This document shows positions 16,005 to 20,552 of a stretch of 20,552 nucleotides of DNA, piece by piece. The stretch comes from Candidatus Binatia bacterium (lineage in GTDB: Bacteria > Desulfobacterota > Binatia > HRBIN30): positions 1-20,552 of the forward strand of contig JBBRSP010000052.1 in the NCBI GenBank assembly GCA_038245295.1. Direction: 5' to 3'. Positions within the stretch are counted from its first letter, which is position 1, and the number at the start of each line of letters is the position of its first letter. The notes under the pieces were generated by a model, which was given only the letters and a program-made list of their open reading frames with translations, did no database searches and was not told the origin of the DNA. Made by a program: the position numbers and the translations under genes.

Positions 16005-16994
16005 CTACAAAGCTGCGATGAGGTTCTCAACGACCACCAGCAGCCCCTTGCCCCAGGTGGCGTCATGCTGAATCTTCAGCGGGAACTGCAGTGCCTCGGC
16101 GCCCATGACCGCTGTTGCCCGTGGCTGGCCATTGACGGCCACGCAGAAGTCGCCGGTGAATTTGAAGTAGTGGTTCGGGGCGCCCGTGTCGATCAGGTCG
16201 CCCTGGCTGACAACGCGGATGAAGAACGGCGTGCCGCTCCGCATCTTGGTGATCTGCGCTGAGCTCACGCTGTCATCGGAAATCGTCAGCGTCGCCGTCG
16301 CGCCGGGCTTCAACTTGACCGTGGCGGCGTAGCCGTTGTTGGCCGAGTTCATCGCGTTCAAGGGGCCGGCGATCTTGCTGATGCCCCAATCGAACTCGAA
16401 CGCCAACAGCAGCTTGGTCGTGCCGAGTGTGGCCGCCGACGGATCGAGGTAGACATCGAACGTCTTGGGCACCATCGGCCGCACGGCCACTTCGGTCACG
16501 CCGGTAGGGGTCATCGTGATGCCGCGTTGAATCGCCCCGCCGATACCGCCGCCGGTCCAACTGGCCTCGTCCGGCGTCATTTTCATGCTGAAGTCGGTAA
16601 AGCGAGCGCCGGCGATCTTCTCGGCTGCGACCGTCTGCCCCTTTTCGAAGCAATAGGTCTGAAAGGCGTTGGCGCCGAAGTCGGTCCAGTCGAAGGTCCA
16701 GATCTTGGAGGTAGCGCCGCCGGACGAGGCGCTGACCTTTTTCAGCAGCGAGTTGAGCGGGTAGACGATGCCGTTGTACGAGCCCTGCCCGCCGCCGGTG
16801 AAGGTGCCCCACTCCTGACCAGGAGAGGTGCCAAGATCGAGCGAGTAGCCGGAGCCCTGGATGTCTTTGAAGGTGGCATTGTAGCCGAAGGCGATATTGA
16901 GGTCGGGAACACGCTTCGTACTCGCTGCCCCATCTCCTTCGGTCGCTTCAGGGGCCAACTGTACGAGATCGTCAATCAGTGGTCGAACAGCCAT
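16005..16994 (-). CDS. Major tail (tube) protein, 329 aa
   Basis: Position between tail terminator and chaperone, beta-rich, strong AAAAGGAG SD. Confidence 0.85.
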   Translation of the reverse strand: MAVRPLIDDLVQLAPEATEGDGAASTKRVPDLNIAFGYNATFKDIQGSGYSLDLGTSPGQEWGTFTGGGQGSYNGIVYPLNSLLKKVSASSGGATSKIWTFDWTDFGANAFQTYCFEKGQTVAAEKIAGARFTDFSMKMTPDEASWTGGGIGGAIQRGITMTPTGVTEVAVRPMVPKTFDVYLDPSAATLGTTKLLLAFEFDWGISKIAGPLNAMNSANNGYAATVKLKPGATATLTISDDSVSSAQITKMRSGTPFFIRVVSQGDLIDTGAPNHYFKFTGDFCVAVNGQPRATAVMGAEALQFPLKIQHDATWGKGLLVVVENLIAAL

Positions 16995-17020
16995 GATATG
17001 GACTCCTTTTACGCCTTAGC

Positions 17021-17449
17021 TCAGGCAAACACCGTCTGCTGAACGTACAGTTGGTATTCCGACAGTAGTTGGTCGTAGATGCCGCTTGCCTTCACGTCCG
17101 GCGGCAAGGGCGGGCTGCCGATATAGTTGCAGGTCAGAATCTCGCCGTTCGTGATACTGCCCTTCTGCCGGTCCAGTAGCAGGCGTATGCGGTCCATAAC
17201 CGCCTCAAGCACGCTTTGCGGCGAGTTCGATCCCCACACTTTTACTTGCAGCCTCACCGCCGAATCGAAGACCGTGCCGCTCATGGTCACGCCGGGCGTA
17301 TCGGCGTAGGGGCCGTACTCCACGTAGGGAAACGGCGTCCCCTCTGGCGCCTTGCCCCACTGATACAGCCGGTTGCCAATCAGGTTCATCAGCGTTGCGT
17401 CGCTTGAGAGCCGGTCGTACACAAACGCTCTAGCCCGTAAGGTCTCCAT
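17021..17449 (-). CDS. Tail terminator / tail completion protein (SPP1 gp17, DUF3168-like)
   Basis: VYDRLSSDATLMNLIGNRLY..APEGTPFPYV..LQVKVW motifs; gene order. Confidence 0.88.
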   Translation of the reverse strand: METLRARAFVYDRLSSDATLMNLIGNRLYQWGKAPEGTPFPYVEYGPYADTPGVTMSGTVFDSAVRLQVKVWGSNSPQSVLEAVMDRIRLLLDRQKGSITNGEILTCNYIGSPPLPPDVKASGIYDQLLSEYQLYVQQTVFA

Positions 17450-17808
17450 CAGCCCACCAATGCCGCGGCAACGGCCGCAAAGAACTCCTCACGGTGCGCC
17501 TCAGTCGCCTGCCGCAACTGGCCGCCGTCGCCGGGGTCATGTTCGCCGCCGTACTCGCGTACGATCGCCCAGCTCACATCGACGTAGGCTGCCGAGCTGT
17601 TCTCGTCGATGTCATCGGCGCGAATCGCCATGTCCTCATCGACACGGCCTGCTGGTGCATCGACGCTCGACTTCTCCGCGTCACGTACGCCTTCCGCCCA
17701 CTCCACGGCAATCAGCTCGGCTTCATCGAGTCGCGCCTTTGCCACCCGCGGCGGGCAGGCGATGAACAGGTCGAGGCCCGTGGTATCGAGCGTGGTGATT
17801 ATCGGCAT
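17449..17808 (-). CDS. HK97 gp10-like neck / tail completion protein
   Basis: Gene order; AAYVDVSWAIVREYGG resembles the YAxxVEYGT motif; TGATG coupling. Confidence 0.6.
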   Translation of the reverse strand: MPIITTLDTTGLDLFIACPPRVAKARLDEAELIAVEWAEGVRDAEKSSVDAPAGRVDEDMAIRADDIDENSSAAYVDVSWAIVREYGGEHDPGDGGQLRQATEAHREEFFAAVAAALVG

Positions 17809-18179
17809 CAGGGCACCACCTGTTCGTCCATGACGACTTGCCGCCTTATGGCAAGGTTCCCCCGCTGGCCTACGTCCATCACCTTGAACAGGCGTGTGCC
17901 GTTCACTCGCAGCCGGTCGGTTGGTGTGATATCAGCGTCCACCGCCACGTAGAGCACTGCCGGTCGGCTGATGGCGAGTCGGTCTGCGATCACCTGCTGG
18001 TCGCTGCCCGCGGCGATCTGCTGGAGGTCGCCTGTGCCTGAGCTCGTCACGGCTTCCGTGTAGGTATTGCCGCCTTCGCCGTCCGGCACCGACACCTGAC
18101 GCAGTACCTCATAGCTATCGGTAAAGGACATGGCTGCGACCACGCCTCGCAGTGCCGGAATGGTATCGAGCACGCTCAC
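17808..18179 (-). CDS. Head closure (stopper) protein, SPP1 gp16-like
   Basis: VLRQVSVPDGEGG..ADITPTDRLRVNG..FKV motifs; gene order. Confidence 0.8.
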   Translation of the reverse strand: MSVLDTIPALRGVVAAMSFTDSYEVLRQVSVPDGEGGNTYTEAVTSSGTGDLQQIAAGSDQQVIADRLAISRPAVLYVAVDADITPTDRLRVNGTRLFKVMDVGQRGNLAIRRQVVMDEQVVP

Positions 18180-18352
18180 TTCTTGACTGCCTCTGTCTCA
18201 GCGGTGGCCTTCTTGGTCAGAGGCGTTCCGTCCTCATGGGAAACCGCTTTGAAGCCGTCGTACTGACCGCCCGGATTGCGGGCGAAATCGGATTCGAGTA
18301 CGGCATACTCTTCGCCATTTTTGTGCACGATCTTGACGAACTTGTCAGACAT
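18176..18352 (-). CDS. 58-aa hypothetical protein MSDKFVKIVHKNGEEYAVLESDFARNPGGQYDGFKAVSHEDGTPLTKKATAETEAVKK
   Basis: AAGGAG lies 6 nt before ATG18352; GTGA overlap with the stopper gene. Absent from the ORF track. Confidence 0.85.
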   Translation of the reverse strand: MSDKFVKIVHKNGEEYAVLESDFARNPGGQYDGFKAVSHEDGTPLTKKATAETEAVKK

Positions 18353-18363
18353 TGGAATCTCCT

Positions 18364-18990
18364 TCAGGCGAACACCATTTTTCGGTAACCGGCCAGTATC
18401 TCCGTTACCAGCGCCGGCACGGCCCGGTCTGCCATCGTCACACTGACCGCGCCACTGATGCTTATCTGCTTATAGCCGCTCATCTCCGGCGTCATCGTCG
18501 GTTGCAGCCAGTCAGCGGCGATCATCGTGGCGGCGAGTACGATATCCTTTGGCACGGCCTCCGAAGTCGTGTAGTCCACTGAGACGAGCTTGCCGAGGTG
18601 ACTGCCGGCGATATCACGGATCGTGTCGCGGTTATTCGTAATCCACAGGTTCCACCAGTTCATCATCGTAACCATGCCGGCGGCCGCATCGACGAGGCGA
18701 TAATCCACGCCTGACACCAGCGGCAGCACCGGCGCTGAGACGCTGATATCCTGGGCGGTCATGTTGGTAATCGCTACGACGGGCCGGTGTTTGAGGAAGA
18801 TAAACGGTCCCTCAACGCCGACCAGCTCGCTCGCGACCGAGCCCGTGTTCTGCCAGGTGCGATGCGTCAGGCGATCGCAGTGTTCCGTCGCGGCAGCCGC
18901 CAGTACGTCCGCCTCGATTAGCTGAGAAGCCGAGAGGGTTTTACCCAGGTAGTCCTGGATTTGCTGGCTGGTGCAATAACTAAGTGTCAT
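18364..18990 (-). CDS. Head-tail adaptor (HK97 gp6 / SPP1 gp15-like), 208 aa
   Basis: YCTSQQIQDYLG, AATEHCDRLTHRTW, RPVVAIT and VPKDIVLAATMIAADW motifs. Confidence 0.85.
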   Translation of the reverse strand: MTLSYCTSQQIQDYLGKTLSASQLIEADVLAAAATEHCDRLTHRTWQNTGSVASELVGVEGPFIFLKHRPVVAITNMTAQDISVSAPVLPLVSGVDYRLVDAAAGMVTMMNWWNLWITNNRDTIRDIAGSHLGKLVSVDYTTSEAVPKDIVLAATMIAADWLQPTMTPEMSGYKQISISGAVSVTMADRAVPALVTEILAGYRKMVFA

Positions 18991-19040
18991 CGCTGCCCTG
19001 TCCGTCGCATCACGCCCGACACCCGATCAAACTTCGTCAT
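18987..19040 (-). CDS. Possible 17-aa micro-ORF MTKFDRVSGVMRRTGQR
   Basis: Its stop overlaps the adaptor start (ATGA); weak GAGG SD. Confidence 0.3.
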   Translation of the reverse strand: MTKFDRVSGVMRRTGQR

Positions 19041-19071
19041 GCCCGCTTTCGCCTCGGTGAACACGTTCGGA

Positions 19072-19326
19072 TCAGTCGCGGGGTCCGCGAAGGCTTTTAT
19101 CCGACACCTCAGTCGAGTGGAGCGCCTTGCTGGCCGCCTTTGGCTTCTCTTCGGCGTCCGCTGCCTCGTGCTTCGCGCCTTTCAACCCGTACTTCTTGGC
19201 GTCCTCTTCGCTGACCTCGGCACCCTCACCGGCCAGCAGGAACGCGGCCTGGTCGGAGTCCTCGCCCACGACGGCGCTGCGATCGGCGTTGAGGTAGATA
19301 CGTTTATCGCTGACGAATCCGGGCAT
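19072..19326 (-). CDS. 84-aa hypothetical head-region protein with a charged, disordered tail
   Basis: AAGGAGG SD; located after the capsid genes. Confidence 0.8.
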   Translation of the reverse strand: MPGFVSDKRIYLNADRSAVVGEDSDQAAFLLAGEGAEVSEEDAKKYGLKGAKHEAADAEEKPKAASKALHSTEVSDKSLRGPRD

Positions 19327-19338
19327 CGGTTAGCCTCC

Positions 19339-19827
19339 TTAGGCGCTGGTGACCAGCCGCCAGTCGGGGGCCAGTGGCGTGCCCGCCTGGACGTAGATCT
19401 TCCCATTGGTCGTGTCGATCGTGCGGGCGCCCTTCGGTGCTCCGCGTCCGTGGGCAGCAACGCCGGGGGTCGTGTTGGCGATTGCCGCCGTGCCGCCCGT
19501 GGCAGCGCTGTTATCGACGCCAATCACGGAGACGGGACGCAGGGCAAGGTTGCCGCCAAAGGTGATCATCCACGGTCCTGTACCCGTAAGAGCCACGCCG
19601 GCCGCGCCGATCGTCGGTAGGGCAATGAGTGCAGCCTGAATCGTGGCGGCGGCGGCGCCGAAAGCCAGCGCCGTCGTACGTGCGCCCTCGTAGCTGAGCA
19701 CGTAGGTGCCGCCAGTGGCGGTGACGGTGAGCGTTTGCACGGCGTTGGTACCGGCAGCCGGCACGCCAGCACTGAAGTAACCCTCGAAGAGCCCATCCAA
19801 AGCGTGGAAACCCGTGATTGCTGCCAT
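19339..19827 (-). CDS. Probable capsid decoration or head-fibre protein, 162 aa
   Basis: Directly after the major capsid gene, AGGAG SD, A/G/T-rich, with a NAVQTLTV..GGTYVLSY..IQAALIAL..PWMITF module. Confidence 0.65.
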   Translation of the reverse strand: MAAITGFHALDGLFEGYFSAGVPAAGTNAVQTLTVTATGGTYVLSYEGARTTALAFGAAAATIQAALIALPTIGAAGVALTGTGPWMITFGGNLALRPVSVIGVDNSAATGGTAAIANTTPGVAAHGRGAPKGARTIDTTNGKIYVQAGTPLAPDWRLVTSA

Positions 19828-19852
19828 CGGTTAGAACTCCTGTCTGGCACAT

Positions 19853-19890
19853 AGCCGGCGGCGGTAGGTGAGGAAGTACCGCCGCCGACT
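19853..19890 (-). terminator. Strong GC hairpin after the major capsid gene (attenuator or mRNA stabiliser; no U-tract)
   Basis: CGGCGGCGGTA, 10-nt loop, TACCGCCGCCG (arms at 19856-19866 and 19877-19887). Extendable to 14 bp with one G-U pair on the minus strand. Confidence 0.55.
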
Positions 19891-19918
19891 CGAATACTTC
19901 GCATTCCGGTTACCGTGC

Positions 19919-20551
19919 CTAAAGCAACCCTGTGACTGTGGCGAAGGCCAGCGGACGGTAAACCGTAAGAGCAAGACGCTCTTCGTCGCGGATGGCGATC
20001 AGATTGCGCCGGAAGTCGTCCTCGTTGCTATTCGTCGCCTCGATTGCGCCCTCGTCACGCCGCCAGAGCTGCGCGCCGAGCTTGTAGGCGCCGACCAGCG
20101 CCGTACCGCTGGTCATCGCTGTGGTGGTGACCACCGTGAGACCCCACAGCCGCTCAGGCGCGGTATCGGCCGGGTTGCCGAACAAGTACGAGCCGGTAGT
20201 CGTGGTCAGCAGGCGAATCGCCTGCCAGTTGAGCGGATTCATCACGATGCCATCGGGATCGAAGTAGCCGACGGTCATCACCTTCACCATCGCTTTGTAA
20301 ACCGCATCGGGTCCGGGATCGCCACCGCGCGCCTGCGTCTGGATGCCGCTCACGTTGAGCAGACCGAGAATATGTGGTGCTGTGCCGGTGCCGCTCAGCA
20401 ACTCAACGTCTTCGCGCAGTTCGAGCATGTTATCGAGGCGGTTGTTGATGTAGTCCCGCAGCATGGCGTAGTCAGCGAACAGCTCGTCTGTGACCTTAGC
20501 CGTGACGGCGATCTTGCGCACCGGCGCATCAACCTCTTTGGTGTCGAACAC
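19919..20551 (-). CDS. Major capsid protein, HK97 fold (C-terminal part; 5' end outside the window)
   Basis: VRKIAVTAKVTDEL, ELLSGTGT, IVMNPLNWQAIRLL..GSYLFG, RLWGLTVV and FRRNLIAIRDEERLALTVYRPLAF motifs. Confidence 0.97.
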   Translation of the reverse strand: MFDTKEVDAPVRKIAVTAKVTDELFADYAMLRDYINNRLDNMLELREDVELLSGTGTAPHILGLLNVSGIQTQARGGDPGPDAVYKAMVKVMTVGYFDPDGIVMNPLNWQAIRLLTTTTGSYLFGNPADTAPERLWGLTVVTTTAMTSGTALVGAYKLGAQLWRRDEGAIEATNSNEDDFRRNLIAIRDEERLALTVYRPLAFATVTGLL

Positions 20552-20552
20552 G

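Noticed and set aside
16005..20551. Contractile tail, tailocin or eCIS interpretation
   Set aside because: There are no sheath or baseplate wedge genes, and capsid and head-tail joining genes are present. A gene transfer agent cannot be strictly excluded, but nothing supports it.

Overview
GC-rich tailed-phage or prophage late operon of siphovirus type, encoded entirely on the minus strand and read right to left. The order is: HK97-fold major capsid protein (partial), probable capsid decoration protein, head-tail joining genes, tail terminator, tail tube, tail assembly chaperone with a CCCAAAC -1 frameshift, a 2184-aa tape measure protein (TMP) with internal M23-like and GH73-like domains, an expanded Dit-like protein and a Tal/hub-like protein. 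An unusually complex 5.5 kb lysis-region cassette follows (1-5551). Besides a GH25-like endolysin and an SRKF-type holin, it carries two nearly adjacent EXORDIUM/Phi-1-like HExxE proteins and a tail-anchored coiled-coil protein. It also contains eight short ORFs (21-51 aa), each translationally coupled or preceded by an SD, that the supplied ORF track misses; three of them are consecutive hydrophobic micropeptides. All family calls come from motif recognition by eye and gene order, not database searches. No RNA genes, CRISPR arrays, IS elements or integrase were seen.
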